Shown: positions 9,056 through 18,843, counted from the stretch's first letter. The stretch is 64,000 bases of DNA from Candidatus Yanofskybacteria bacterium (GCA_003151795.1 PLYL01000005.1:1011-65010), one strand, 5' to 3'. Numbers and translations are program-made. The notes: generated by a model from the sequence alone, not told the origin.

Positions 9056-9604
9056 ATGCTGCCACCGGGCCATATCGCCGCGGGATTTCTTATCACGAAA
9101 GGATTATTAGTTTTAACCAAACCAGCCTTATCGGCCATCGAGCAACAGCGATTATTGTGGTGGGGGATGTTCTTCGGTTTCGCGCCGGACCTGGACACTT
9201 TCGCGGTTTTTATAAAAGTAAAACGATTCATCGGGTCGGATGATATCAGCCACCGCAAGTTCTGGTCGCACGCGCCGATTCTGTGGCTCATCGGCGGTCT
9301 GGCCATATTTTTTTTCGGGCTGGCTCGGCATAATTTATTTATTGAATATTTTGGCCTCGTCGCTTGGCTGGGTTCGTGGAGCCACTTCGCCCTCGATACC
9401 GTTCAGCACGGCGTTATCTGGTTCTGGCCCTGGCGCAAAGAACCGTTGGCTCTGTTTGATCAAGGGGTTAAAAGCCATATTCCGCCGCAGGATTTCTGGC
9501 CGTATTGGTTCCAGTCGGTTAAATTTTACGCGACTCGGTTCACTCTTTCTTTTTGCATCGAGCTGGTTGCGGTAATCGCCGCTCTCTTTGTTTATTTCCG
9601 TTAA
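9056..9604 (+). CDS. Membrane-bound metal-dependent hydrolase-like protein (YdjM/DUF457-like)
   Basis: N-terminal MLPPGHIAAG with His-rich TM architecture (WSHFALD, HG). Confidence 0.4.
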   Translation: MLPPGHIAAGFLITKGLLVLTKPALSAIEQQRLLWWGMFFGFAPDLDTFAVFIKVKRFIGSDDISHRKFWSHAPILWLIGGLAIFFFGLARHNLFIEYFGLVAWLGSWSHFALDTVQHGVIWFWPWRKEPLALFDQGVKSHIPPQDFWPYWFQSVKFYATRFTLSFCIELVAVIAALFVYFR

Positions 9605-9652
9605 GTGCCTTCTCCTCTTTATCGAAGGCCTGTTCTGTAGTACTTTGAAGGC

Positions 9653-10156
9653 ATGTCCATCCCGCCGATAACCCGCTTAAAGAAATCAAAAGTCGAATAC
9701 TATTGGCGCAAAATCTTTGAATTCGGCGTCTTCATTAAAGGCTTGAACGGAGTTTGGGAGACGATTGCCGGTTTATCGATTCTCATTATCGGCAAGGCGC
9801 GCTTTGGGAGCTTGTTTTCCTTTTTGGTTCGGGGTGAGCTTCTAGAAAACCCTCACGATTGGTTTATTAATGCCGCCGTCCAGGCCTTGCAGAATTTTGG
9901 CGGGGCTAAGACTTTTATCGGTCTGTACTTTTTGATTCACGGGGTCATCAATATTTTTCTTTCGATTCAGTTGTATCGCGATCGGCTCTGGGCCTACCTC
10001 GCGACGATCGGCGTCACGATTATTTTTATCGTTTATCAATTGCATCGGATATCGCTCTATCATTCCCGATTGCTCATGGCCGTTACCGGCTATGACGTCT
10101 TGTTTATTATTCTGACCTGGCATGAGTACCAATACCAAAAGAAATTGCGCTCATGA
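9653..10156 (+). CDS. Hypothetical membrane protein (DUF2127-like)
   Basis: Four predicted TM helices. No catalytic motif. Confidence 0.4.
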   Translation: MSIPPITRLKKSKVEYYWRKIFEFGVFIKGLNGVWETIAGLSILIIGKARFGSLFSFLVRGELLENPHDWFINAAVQALQNFGGAKTFIGLYFLIHGVINIFLSIQLYRDRLWAYLATIGVTIIFIVYQLHRISLYHSRLLMAVTGYDVLFIILTWHEYQYQKKLRS

Positions 10157-10722
10157 GGAAGCATATTATTTTTTGGCTGTGGGTTTTAATCATCTTGAGC
10201 GCGCTCTATTTTTATTTTTTTAGAAATGATTTGATTCTGGCGGGGGTGGCGCAAATGATGCGTCTGCCGCTGGCGTGGCGCTACGCCATTTTTTTGATTC
10301 TCGGCTGCCTGCGGGGCTTTACTCTGATTCCGGTCACCTATTTGATTTTGCTCGGCCTCGTCTTCTTGCCGGCCGGGCACGCTTATCTCTTGACTATCAT
10401 CGGCGTGATGGTTGCTTCGACCTCTATCTATTATTTTGCCGAGTATCTCGGCTTGGCCGGTTATTTTGAACGGTACTATCCGCGCCAGATTGCTCGATTA
10501 AAGTCCGTGATGCGTAAAAACGAATTGCCCATCGTCATCGGCTGGAGCTTTTTTCCGATTACTCCGACCGACGTGATGTGCTATATGTGCGGGTCGCTGA
10601 AGGTCAATTTTAAAAAATTCTTCTTCGGCGTGCTGGTAGGCGAGGGCATCTCCTGCGCAATCTATATCTTTGTCGGCAAAGGCCTCCTTTTGCTGATTCT
10701 GCATAGGATTTTTGGGGGCTAG
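10153..10722 (+). CDS. TVP38/TMEM64 (VTT-domain, DedA-like) membrane protein
   Basis: GFTLIPVTYLILLGLVFLPAGHAYLLT matches the VTT domain consensus. Confidence 0.55.
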   Translation: MRKHIIFWLWVLIILSALYFYFFRNDLILAGVAQMMRLPLAWRYAIFLILGCLRGFTLIPVTYLILLGLVFLPAGHAYLLTIIGVMVASTSIYYFAEYLGLAGYFERYYPRQIARLKSVMRKNELPIVIGWSFFPITPTDVMCYMCGSLKVNFKKFFFGVLVGEGISCAIYIFVGKGLLLLILHRIFGG

Positions 10723-10742
10723 GCTCAAATTCAGCCCTACTC

Positions 10743-10771
10743 TTGACACGCTAATAAATTCTTGATACAAT
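10743..10771 (+). promoter_or_regulatory. Sigma70-like promoter TTGACA-N17-TACAAT upstream of the DEAD-box helicase (about 80-nt leader)
   Basis: Exact -35 TTGACA (10743-10748), 17-nt spacer, -10 TACAAT (10766-10771). Confidence 0.55.
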
Positions 10772-10857
10772 TGAGGCACAATTCATATCTCATTTGGTAT
10801 CTGGAGTTATCGTTTTCCTTATCTCTATCTCATCAGGTCTCAAAGAGTGATTAATTA

Positions 10858-12078
10858 ATGCAGAGAAGTTTTAACCGAGCATCGGCTTTTGGCCGCCGCC
10901 CAAGCAGTTTTGGCGGCAATAGCAGCGGTACTCGCCGGCCCGCCCGCCAAGGCGGGGGACGCGGTTTTCAAGGCCAACGGATTGATCCGGCGCGCTTTGT
11001 CAAAAAAGCCGTCATCACCGAACAGGTGGAAGTTTTCGTCCCCGAACATAAGTTTGCGGATTTTGCGATTGACTCCCGTTTGAAAGTTAATATTACCCGC
11101 AAGGGCTATGTCACGCCGACGCCGATTCAGGACAAAGCCATTCCGCATATTTTGCGCGGTTCCGATTTGGTCGGTATCGCCAACACCGGTACCGGCAAGA
11201 CGGCTGCCTTTCTTATTCCTTTAATCAACAAAGTTCTTTTGAATCCTCAAGAAAATGTTTTGATTGTTGTGCCGACGCGCGAGCTCGCGATTCAAATCGA
11301 CGACGAACTTCGCGGCTTCACCCCGGGTATGCGGATGTTTTCCGTCTGTTGCGTGGGCGGGGCGAGTATCGGCTATCAAATCTCAAATCTTCGCCGTCAG
11401 CACAATTTCATTATCGGCACCCCGGGCCGGATCAAAGACCTCATGGAACGACGCTTCATTAATTTGGCTCGCTTTAACACCGTCGTTCTCGACGAAGCCG
11501 ACCGGATGCTAGACATGGGCTTCGTCAAAGACATGCGGACGATGATGATGGCCATGCCGAAAACTCGGCATACGCTGTTCTTCTCCGCGACCGTCAATCG
11601 CGAAATCGAAGGCCTCATCAATGAGTTTCTCCGCACGCCGGTCAGGATTTCGGTTAAGACCCAGGACACCGCCAAGAACGTCGACCAGGACATCGTCCGC
11701 GTTGGGGGCGGCAAAAATAAACTCCAAATGCTGGAAGAACTTTTAACCAAGCCTGGTTTCAATAAGGTCCTTATTTTCGGCCGCACCAAGCACGGCGTGG
11801 AGCGATTGTATAACACGCTTATCGCCAGCGGATTCAAAGCCGACGCGATTCACGGCGACAAGGTTCACTCTCGCCGCCAGCGCGCCTTGAAGTCGTTTAA
11901 AGAAAATCACATCCAAATTCTCATCGCGACCGACGTCGCGGCTCGCGGTTTGGATATTCCCGATGTTTCCCACGTCATTAACTATGACTTGCCCGCCACT
12001 TACGATGATTATGTCCATCGTATCGGCCGCACCGGCCGCGCCAACAAGACTGGCAAAGCTCTCACCTTCATCGAGTAA
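10858..12078 (+). CDS. DEAD-box ATP-dependent RNA helicase with N-terminal RGG/arginine-rich tail
   Basis: Q motif, AxTGTGKT, VVLDEADRMLDMGF (DEAD), SAT, HRIGRTGRA. Confidence 0.85.
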   Translation: MQRSFNRASAFGRRPSSFGGNSSGTRRPARQGGGRGFQGQRIDPARFVKKAVITEQVEVFVPEHKFADFAIDSRLKVNITRKGYVTPTPIQDKAIPHILRGSDLVGIANTGTGKTAAFLIPLINKVLLNPQENVLIVVPTRELAIQIDDELRGFTPGMRMFSVCCVGGASIGYQISNLRRQHNFIIGTPGRIKDLMERRFINLARFNTVVLDEADRMLDMGFVKDMRTMMMAMPKTRHTLFFSATVNREIEGLINEFLRTPVRISVKTQDTAKNVDQDIVRVGGGKNKLQMLEELLTKPGFNKVLIFGRTKHGVERLYNTLIASGFKADAIHGDKVHSRRQRALKSFKENHIQILIATDVAARGLDIPDVSHVINYDLPATYDDYVHRIGRTGRANKTGKALTFIE

Positions 12079-12087
12079 AAATTAATC

Positions 12088-12116
12088 AAAAAATCGCCTC
12101 GAGGCGATTTTTTGAT
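12088..12116. terminator. Bidirectional intrinsic terminator (aaaaatcgcctcgaggcgatttttt)
   Basis: Palindromic 9-bp stem flanked by an A-run and a T-run. It serves the convergent genes on both strands. Confidence 0.7.
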
Positions 12117-12126
12117 TTTCTGATAG

Positions 12127-12453
12127 TTAGTATCCGTACCCGCCGTAATTATTTGGGGGATAATACTGGTAGAAGTACTGGTGAATCGGCGGAGCGATAA
12201 ATACAAAGCTGCTCGTGAGATTCAAATTAGACTGAATCAATTGACCGACCGTATTTTGCGGCCGTCCGTAATTATAGACGGGGTATTGGAATCCTTGGAA
12301 CGGCTGATAATACGACTGCTGGCCATACGAATTGCCGTAAGAATTTCCGTACGACTGATACGATGGCATATAATACGCCTTGGCCGAGCTGGTTACCAAA
12401 CCGACAGCGACAACGATACCGACCACGAAGAGTGCTTTGGTTATGTTTTTCAT
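12127..12453 (-). CDS. Secreted Tyr/Gly/Gln-rich low-complexity protein
   Basis: Signal peptide MKNITKALFVVGIVVAVGLVTSSAKA followed by (YGNS)/(QYYQP)-type repeats. Confidence 0.5.
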   Translation of the reverse strand: MKNITKALFVVGIVVAVGLVTSSAKAYYMPSYQSYGNSYGNSYGQQSYYQPFQGFQYPVYNYGRPQNTVGQLIQSNLNLTSSFVFIAPPIHQYFYQYYPPNNYGGYGY

Positions 12454-12706
12454 AAGTTTTAAAGCGTGCGTTACTTTTATTTAATTATTTTCAGCTCATA
12501 TACTGATCCGCCTCTGGCGGAAGCTGGCCGGCCCTGTCGACCGACAGCGCCGACTAACGCGCTTAGGATACCACTAAGTCTTTATTATGCAAGGATAAAA
12601 TAGTTGCTGGAACTACTAAAAGATGGTATAATTACTCTAGCTCAAATACCTACCCCACACCCTGTCATAATGGCAGAAGGGGCCTGGTGAGGGCAAGGAG
12701 TTCTCT

Positions 12707-13132
12707 ATGCAAATCGTTCTGACGGCCGTCATGGCTTTGATTGTTGCCTGGCTATTCTTCGATTATATCGTCGTCAAAAAGTGGCTTCGGTCATGGGCCG
12801 ATAGCTATTGTCGGAATCGTGTCTGGTGCGTCTGTCGGGTGAACAACCGAATCGGATTAGTCACTCGAAGATACTACGACCAGGTATCACGTGAATACTG
12901 GCGATGGGAACTCAGGTCACAAACTGAAGAAACCAGAGGTTATGTCAGAGGGCATTTCATTGCGCCATACGATGTTGTCATACTCGACGCCACTAACCCC
13001 CAAGCATTGAAGTTACTGAGAGGCCTCCTTCTTGAGCGCCGAGAATTCCTTGTTCCACCAATTGAAATGAGGATTGAGGAAGCTTACAAGAAAATTAATG
13101 GCTGGTGGAATAAATATCCAGACCAAGGTTAG
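12707..13132 (+). CDS. Hypothetical protein with N-terminal TM
   Basis: ORF with a hydrophobic N-terminus followed by a hairpin terminator. Confidence 0.4.
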   Translation: MQIVLTAVMALIVAWLFFDYIVVKKWLRSWADSYCRNRVWCVCRVNNRIGLVTRRYYDQVSREYWRWELRSQTEETRGYVRGHFIAPYDVVILDATNPQALKLLRGLLLERREFLVPPIEMRIEEAYKKINGWWNKYPDQG

Positions 13133-13143
13133 TTCCTCAATCA

Positions 13144-13197
13144 GCCCGCGAGAGAGTTCGCACGATCTGTGCCCACTCTCGCGGGCCTTATCGTTTT
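13144..13197 (+). terminator. Intrinsic terminator (cccgcgagagag...ctctcgcggg then ccttatcgttttt)
   Basis: 10-12-bp GC stem with a long loop and a T-run. Confidence 0.5.
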
Positions 13198-13241
13198 TAT
13201 ATGAAAATGCTAGAATTATTTAAATAAATTCATTCGTTCGA

Positions 13242-13337
13242 TTGTCTTATTCAATTTATCTTCTCAAATGCGCCGACGAAAGTCTCTACTGCGGGATTAC
13301 GACTGATGTGGCGCGGAGGTTTAGGGAGCAGTATTAA
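13242..13337 (+). pseudogene. Truncated GIY-YIG nuclease 5' fragment (about 31 codons). It duplicates the 5' end of the 14161..14430 gene.
   Basis: (TTG)SYSIYLLKCADESLYCGITTDVARRFREQY*. About 88% nt identity over about 75 nt to 14176-14250, then divergence and a stop. Confidence 0.55.
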
Positions 13338-13490
13338 CTATCCACATCTCATTGACTTTTAATGCGACGAGGCGTATGCTGGAGATGTAGAGGTTGTATC
13401 GTAGCTTGGTAGCAGGAATGCTAATTAAATACGTTAACCCCACCGCCCTCTGGCTTGCCGGATGGCGGTTTTAGTTTTATCATTTATTTG

Positions 13491-14138
13491 ATGAAAAGAG
13501 CTTTTGTTTTTATTGATGGTAGCAATCTTTACTACCGGCTTAAGGGTATCGCCGGATTTTATATGAAAGAAAATGGCAAGGATTACAGTATGAGCCATTT
13601 TAAGTTTAAGGAGTTTTGTAAATGGCTGGTAGGCGACAACGGTCTACAAGAAATTCATTATTATATTGGTCAAATTAAGCGACCCAATCCTCAATCAAAA
13701 AATTCTCAAAAAGCAGAACAGATGTATTCGAGTCAGCAAAGACTGGCAGGCTACTTACAGGCTCAAGGGATAGTTATGAAGTTTGGGAAGCTTATGAGAG
13801 ATCCGAGCCGTCCTGATGTGTACCATGAAAAAGGTGTTGATGTGCAAATTGCTGTAGAAATGATTAGATTCGCTCGTCAGGATAAGTATGACATTGCTTA
13901 TTTGATAAGTTCAGATACTGATTTAGTTCCAGCAGTTCAAGAAGTGAAGGACCTTGGAAAAGAAGTTGTCTATGCTGGAGTTAAATTAATTCCTATAGGA
14001 GATACTAATAATACAAAAAAGAAAAACGTATTTGGCATTTCCTATGGCTTACTCGGTACCGCAAGCGATGTTAAGTTAATTGAAAAAGAGGATATAAAAC
14101 CATTTTTAGTATTACGAGAGGATACTCAAGTTAAGTAG
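13491..14138 (+). CDS. NYN/LabA-like (PIN-fold) domain protein, AT-rich
   Basis: FIDGSNLYY, KGVDVQIAVEM and SSDTDLVPAV are NYN-domain acidic catalytic motifs. About 37% GC. Start set at MKRAFVF. Confidence 0.65.
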   Translation: MKRAFVFIDGSNLYYRLKGIAGFYMKENGKDYSMSHFKFKEFCKWLVGDNGLQEIHYYIGQIKRPNPQSKNSQKAEQMYSSQQRLAGYLQAQGIVMKFGKLMRDPSRPDVYHEKGVDVQIAVEMIRFARQDKYDIAYLISSDTDLVPAVQEVKDLGKEVVYAGVKLIPIGDTNNTKKKNVFGISYGLLGTASDVKLIEKEDIKPFLVLREDTQVK

Positions 14139-14160
14139 GACGCTTATATATTATTAAGGT

Positions 14161-14430
14161 TTGATTTACTTTATCTACCTTCTCAAATGCGCGGACGGCA
14201 GTCTCTACTGCGGGATTACGACTGATGTGGAGCGGAGGCTTAGAGAGCATCGGGCGGGGAAGGGCGGGAATTACACGCGAGCGCATAGGGCGGTAAAGAT
14301 GGTATATATAGAGAGGTGCAAGGATAGGTCGAGCGCTTTGAAGCGGGAAGCGGAGATTAAACGGCTATTACGAGCGGATAAACTCAAGTTAATTAAACAC
14401 CCGCCAAAATTTTATGGAAACAAAACTTAG
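14161..14430 (+). CDS. GIY-YIG nuclease superfamily protein (YhbQ/UPF0213-like)
   Basis: IYLLKCADGSLYCGITTDVERRLREH are GIY-YIG core motifs (GIY ... YIG-like, R, E). Confidence 0.75.
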   Translation: MIYFIYLLKCADGSLYCGITTDVERRLREHRAGKGGNYTRAHRAVKMVYIERCKDRSSALKREAEIKRLLRADKLKLIKHPPKFYGNKT

Positions 14431-15043
14431 GCGGGCAAGCACAAAACATCTCGCGAAGGTTGACCCGATTTTGAAAGAGCTGATGAAGCGGGTGAAACCA
14501 CAGATCTATCCATTGCAGGATAATTATTTTCGTTCCTTGGTGCGGGCTATCGCGAATCAGCAGTTGTCGGGCAAAGCGGCCCAGACGATTCTCAATCGGA
14601 TGGTGGCATTGTTTCCCAGGGGCGAATTTCCGACACCGAAGCAGTATCTGAAAATGCCGGACGGGAAACTTCGTGCGGCGGGGTTTTCATTTTCCAAAAT
14701 CGCCTACACCAAAAATATCGCCCAATTTTTCATCGAGCGCGAGAAAGAGATGCAAAAGATTAACGAACTCACGGACGAAGATATTATTAAACTTCTGACC
14801 GGCGTGAAAGGCGTCGGCGTCTGGACGGCCGAAATGTTTCTGATGTCTTCGCTGGGCCGGGAAGACGTATTCTCATACGGCGATCTCGGCCTGCGAAAAG
14901 GTTTGCAGAAAGTCTACAAGTTTAAAAAAGAGCCGACGCTCAAACAGATGCAGAAAATCGTGGAAGCCTGGAAACCCTACCGGACCCACGGCGCTCGCTA
15001 TATGTGGGCCAGTTTGGCTAAACCCGAACCAAAAAAGAAGTAG
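14414..15043 (+). CDS. DNA-3-methyladenine glycosylase II (AlkA-like, HhH-GPD family)
   Basis: HhH motif LTGVKGVGVWTAEMFLM and the catalytic Asp region GDLGLRKG. Confidence 0.7.
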   Translation: METKLRRASTKHLAKVDPILKELMKRVKPQIYPLQDNYFRSLVRAIANQQLSGKAAQTILNRMVALFPRGEFPTPKQYLKMPDGKLRAAGFSFSKIAYTKNIAQFFIEREKEMQKINELTDEDIIKLLTGVKGVGVWTAEMFLMSSLGREDVFSYGDLGLRKGLQKVYKFKKEPTLKQMQKIVEAWKPYRTHGARYMWASLAKPEPKKK

Positions 15044-15090
15044 GCTTAATCCTACTTGTAGGAAATTAGGATATGTGCTAGGATGGGGAT

Positions 15091-15336
15091 ATGAAGAAAT
15101 TCCCCGAACAGGAGTTCTACGGCACCACCACTCTGGGCGAGAAAGGCCAGGTTGTGATTCCCTCGGAAGCTCGAAAAGGCCTGAAAATCCACAAAGGCGA
15201 GAAATTGCTGGTTTTTAGCATGGGCGACGACATTGTCATTCTTTCAAAGCTTTCCAACTTGAAACAATTCGCCTTTCATTTGGCCAAGAGATTGGATTCC
15301 ATCAAGAAAATTATTAAAAAAACAAACAAAAAATAA
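15091..15336 (+). CDS. AbrB/MazE/SpoVT-type swapped-hairpin DNA-binding protein
   Basis: GEKGQVVIPSEARKGLKIHKGEKLLV is the SpoVT/AbrB domain pattern. Confidence 0.5.
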   Translation: MKKFPEQEFYGTTTLGEKGQVVIPSEARKGLKIHKGEKLLVFSMGDDIVILSKLSNLKQFAFHLAKRLDSIKKIIKKTNKK

Positions 15337-16871
15337 TGTTTACATTTTTTAAAACAAAATTAGGAATGGTCGTCGGCGCAGTGTTGCTCGTGGTTGTAAT
15401 TTTGATTGTCCGGCGCGTGACGGCCAAGCCCGCGTCAGTGGCCACGATTGTTGCCCAGACGGGCGATATCAAAGAACAAATCAGCGTGACTGGCAGCGTA
15501 ACTTCGTCCGATACGGCAAATTTATCATTCCAGAGTTCGGGCCGATTGGCACGGGTCAATGTTGTCGTCGGTTCGCGCGTCGGCGCGGGCCAAGTTTTGA
15601 TGGCCCTCGATACGACGCAACTTCAGGCTCAACGCCAGCTCCAGCAAGCTCAAATCAACGGCGCCCAAGCCAAACTCAATCAAGTCCAAGCTGGCGCGAC
15701 GCCCGCCGATATTGCTGTCGCTCAATCCGCGGTCGCGACCGCCCAGAACACGCTTATTCAGATCCAGACCAAAACCGCCCTCGACGCGTCCCGTAAAGAT
15801 ATTAATGCCGTCACCGACGCGCTTCAGCTCATCTCTAATATTGATGACCCATTATATCTCGTAAAACAAGACATGAATACGGGTGCACTCAATAGCCCGA
15901 TTGGTCAGGTGAGATTGAGTATCTATGGTAATTCGAGTTCTAACTCAACGACAACGGGAGGCTTGCTCGGTCAACTCAATGGAAGTCAAATCGATACGAC
16001 CGATAGCATTCTTGAAAAAACAAAAGTTGATCTGGTTACTACTCAAGGGATTCTTGATATTGCCTATGCTGATTTGGTGCAAGAAAGCGCAAGTGCCACG
16101 ACGACTTCGCTCGTTACCACGGCTCGCTCAAATGTATTAACCGCTCTCAATGACATCGATACTCAAATTCAGGCGCTCATCACGGCCGAGAATAATGTTC
16201 AAAACGCTCAAGCGGCGCTGACGCTGAAACAATCGCCGCCCACGGCTAACGATATTGCCATTGCCCAAGCTTCGCTCGATGAAGCGACTGCTAATCTCGC
16301 GATTATCAACGCTCAAATTAATCAAGACGTTATTGTCGCGCCCGTCGCGGGCGTGATTACGGCAGTTAATTTTAAAGTTGGTGAAACCGTGAACGCGAGC
16401 GCGATTGCTACGACGCTTCTCAATGATTCTCATTTTGAAATCGATTCTAACGTGCCCGAAACTGATATCGGCAAAGTCGCGGTTGGCGATCCGGTTTCAC
16501 TGACTCTCGACGCGTTTCAGGGCGAGACATTCACGGGCAAAGTCAGCCAGATTGATCCGGCCCAGCAGATTATCGACGGCGTAGTGGTCTTTAAGGTTAC
16601 GGTTTTGTTTGATAAAGCCGACCCGCGTCTGAAGAGCGGACTCACCGCCAACTTGAGCATTCAAACGGCCGAGAAAGACGGCGTGGTGGTCTTGCCCCAG
16701 GTCGCGATTCTCGAAAACGATTCAGGGACCTTTGTGGTCAAAGTCGTGAAAGGCGTCGCCACTCAAACGCCGATTACTATCGGTTTGCGCGCTTCGGACG
16801 GAAGCGTTGAAATTACGTCGGGCGTCCAAGCTGGCGATACTGTCCAAAACATCGGCCTGAAGAAAAACTAA
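15336..16871 (+). CDS. HlyD/MacA-family periplasmic adaptor (membrane fusion) protein with long coiled coil
   Basis: N-terminal TM, biotinyl/lipoyl-like hairpin (VTGSV...GQVLMALD), an extended Q/A-rich coiled coil and a C-terminal beta-barrel (VPETDIGKVAVGDPVSLTLDAF). Confidence 0.7.
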   Translation: MFTFFKTKLGMVVGAVLLVVVILIVRRVTAKPASVATIVAQTGDIKEQISVTGSVTSSDTANLSFQSSGRLARVNVVVGSRVGAGQVLMALDTTQLQAQRQLQQAQINGAQAKLNQVQAGATPADIAVAQSAVATAQNTLIQIQTKTALDASRKDINAVTDALQLISNIDDPLYLVKQDMNTGALNSPIGQVRLSIYGNSSSNSTTTGGLLGQLNGSQIDTTDSILEKTKVDLVTTQGILDIAYADLVQESASATTTSLVTTARSNVLTALNDIDTQIQALITAENNVQNAQAALTLKQSPPTANDIAIAQASLDEATANLAIINAQINQDVIVAPVAGVITAVNFKVGETVNASAIATTLLNDSHFEIDSNVPETDIGKVAVGDPVSLTLDAFQGETFTGKVSQIDPAQQIIDGVVVFKVTVLFDKADPRLKSGLTANLSIQTAEKDGVVVLPQVAILENDSGTFVVKVVKGVATQTPITIGLRASDGSVEITSGVQAGDTVQNIGLKKN

Positions 16872-16882
16872 CGCATCCCGAG

Positions 16883-17590
16883 ATGATTGATTTAAGTCAC
16901 ATCCAAAAAAAATACGATGACGAAGCATCGGCGACGTTAGCCCTTGACGATGTTTCATTCAAAATCGATCCGGGCGAATTCGTGGCCATCATGGGCCCGT
17001 CCGGTTCCGGCAAGTCCACCTTGCTCCATATTTTGAGTTTCATGGATCGACCCACGGCCGGTGCGTACACCTTTTACGGCAAGGACATGAGCGACTTGAG
17101 CGATGCGGAACTCGCGTCTATCAGAAACAAGGATATGGGTTTTGTGTTCCAGTCGTTTAATCTTTTGGCCCGTCAGAGCGTCTATGACAATGTCGAAATT
17201 CCGCTCATGTATTCCGATATCAAAATTGCCGACCGCAAGAAACTCGTCGAAGACGCCGTCAAGGCGGTGGGCTTATCGGAAAAACTGCACGTCGAAGCGG
17301 GCAAGCTTTCCGGCGGCCAAAAACAGCGCGTCGCTATCGCCCGCGCCTTGGTTTGTAATCCGCGGGTGATTTTTGCCGACGAGCCGACGGGAAATTTGGA
17401 TTCCAAATCCGGCGGCCAAGTCATGAATATTCTCGAGGACCTGCACGCCAAAGGCCATACCATCGTCTTAGTTACCCACGAGACGTACACCGCCGGCTAC
17501 GCCAATCGTTTGATTAGAATTAAAGACGGCAACGTGGAATTTGACGGTCCGACCGAGAAGAGCCACGAACACGGTACGTTCGTTAAATAA
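16883..17590 (+). CDS. ABC transporter ATP-binding protein (MacB/LolD-type)
   Basis: Walker [10 protein letters not shown], signature [15 protein letters not shown], Walker [12 protein letters not shown]. Confidence 0.85.
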   Translation: MIDLSHIQKKYDDEASATLALDDVSFKIDPGEFVAIMGPSGSGKSTLLHILSFMDRPTAGAYTFYGKDMSDLSDAELASIRNKDMGFVFQSFNLLARQSVYDNVEIPLMYSDIKIADRKKLVEDAVKAVGLSEKLHVEAGKLSGGQKQRVAIARALVCNPRVIFADEPTGNLDSKSGGQVMNILEDLHAKGHTIVLVTHETYTAGYANRLIRIKDGNVEFDGPTEKSHEHGTFVK

Positions 17591-17595
17591 AATAT

Positions 17596-18843
17596 ATGCA
17601 ACTTTCCGATACTATTAAAACCTCGCTCAAGGGCCTCCGCCAATCCAAGACGCGGACGGCCTTGACCATGCTCGGAATTATTATCGGCATCGCGTCGGTG
17701 ATTTTGCTCATGTCGATTGGTCAGTCGGCTCAAGATTATATTTTGGGCCAAGTGCAGGGGATTGGTTCGAACCTTATCTTTGTCATCCCGGGTGGCTCCA
17801 ACAAAAGTTCTCGCCTCGCGTCGCCCGCTTCCGTCCAAGGCATTGTCATCAAAACCCTCAATCAAGCCGACCTTGAAGCCCTGGGCCGTGAAGCCTCCAT
17901 CGCGAACGTCGCGCCAGAAGTGCGAGGCCAAGCTCGCGTCGTGTACGGCAGTAATGACGATTCGGTCACGTTTGACGGCACGACGCCGAATTTCTTCTCG
18001 CTTCGAAATTACACGATTGTGGAAGGCTACCAATTTACGCAAGACGACGTGGATTCATTTAATCATGTCGCGGTCCTGGGTTCGGAGCTCGCCAAGACCT
18101 TATTTGAAAATTTCGACCCTATCGGTAAAAGTATCCGTTTGAATAATTTAAATTTCACCGTGGTTGGCGTGCTGGGTCCGAAAGGCGTGGGACCGGGTGG
18201 TATCGACCAAGATAACATCGTCCTGATGCCGGTGTCGGTCGCGCAGAAGCAGTTACTCGGGATTGATTATTACAATACCATCACCGTGCAGGCGGGGGAT
18301 GCGTATGACATTAATTTTACCAAGGCGCGGGTGACGTCGGTGCTTCGCCAAGACCACGGCATTACCGACCCCAACAAAGACGATTTTACAATTGAGACCC
18401 AAGCTGACGCGGAAGCATTGCTCGGTAGTATTACATCCGTATTAACATTGTTCCTGACCGCGATTGCCTGTATCTCGCTCGTCGTCGGCGGTATCGGCAT
18501 TATGAACATCATGCTCGTGTCGGTCGTAGAACGCACCCGAGAGATTGGCTTGCGCAAAGCCGTCGGCGCGACGGACAAAGATATTATTCAGCAATTTCTA
18601 GTGGAAGCTTTGATGCTGACCTTCTTCGGCGGGCTTGTCGGTATTGCCGTCGGCGCGTTGCTCACCGGCCTTATTTATCTCGGGATTGTTAATTTCACGA
18701 CTGTCGCCTGGACGTTCGCCCTACCGATGACCGCGATTTTGCTCGCCACCGGCGTGTCGATTTTTATCGGCATCGTGTTTGGAATTTATCCGGCCCGCCA
18801 AGCCGCCCGCAAAAGTCCGATTGAGGCGTTGCGTTACGAATAA
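17596..18843 (+). CDS. ABC transporter permease, FtsX/MacB family
   Basis: N-terminal TM, a large extracytoplasmic domain, then a C-terminal 3-TM FtsX domain (ERTREIGLRKAVGA motif). Confidence 0.8.
   Translation: MQLSDTIKTSLKGLRQSKTRTALTMLGIIIGIASVILLMSIGQSAQDYILGQVQGIGSNLIFVIPGGSNKSSRLASPASVQGIVIKTLNQADLEALGREASIANVAPEVRGQARVVYGSNDDSVTFDGTTPNFFSLRNYTIVEGYQFTQDDVDSFNHVAVLGSELAKTLFENFDPIGKSIRLNNLNFTVVGVLGPKGVGPGGIDQDNIVLMPVSVAQKQLLGIDYYNTITVQAGDAYDINFTKARVTSVLRQDHGITDPNKDDFTIETQADAEALLGSITSVLTLFLTAIACISLVVGGIGIMNIMLVSVVERTREIGLRKAVGATDKDIIQQFLVEALMLTFFGGLVGIAVGALLTGLIYLGIVNFTTVAWTFALPMTAILLATGVSIFIGIVFGIYPARQAARKSPIEALRYE

Noticed and set aside
10889-11083. ORF 10889..11083 (+) and other short ORFs overlapping the DEAD-box helicase N-terminus
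   Set aside because: It is an alternative frame inside the arginine/glycine-rich N-terminal extension of the helicase. The helicase frame carries all conserved motifs.
17182-17490. Antisense ORFs nested inside ABC-ATPase, permease and adaptor genes (e.g. 17182..17490 -, 23835..24119 -, 23995..24273 -, 25379..26056 -, 22768..23286 -)
   Set aside because: They lie entirely within well-supported genes on the opposite strand and have no motifs or start signals. They are GC-rich frame artefacts.
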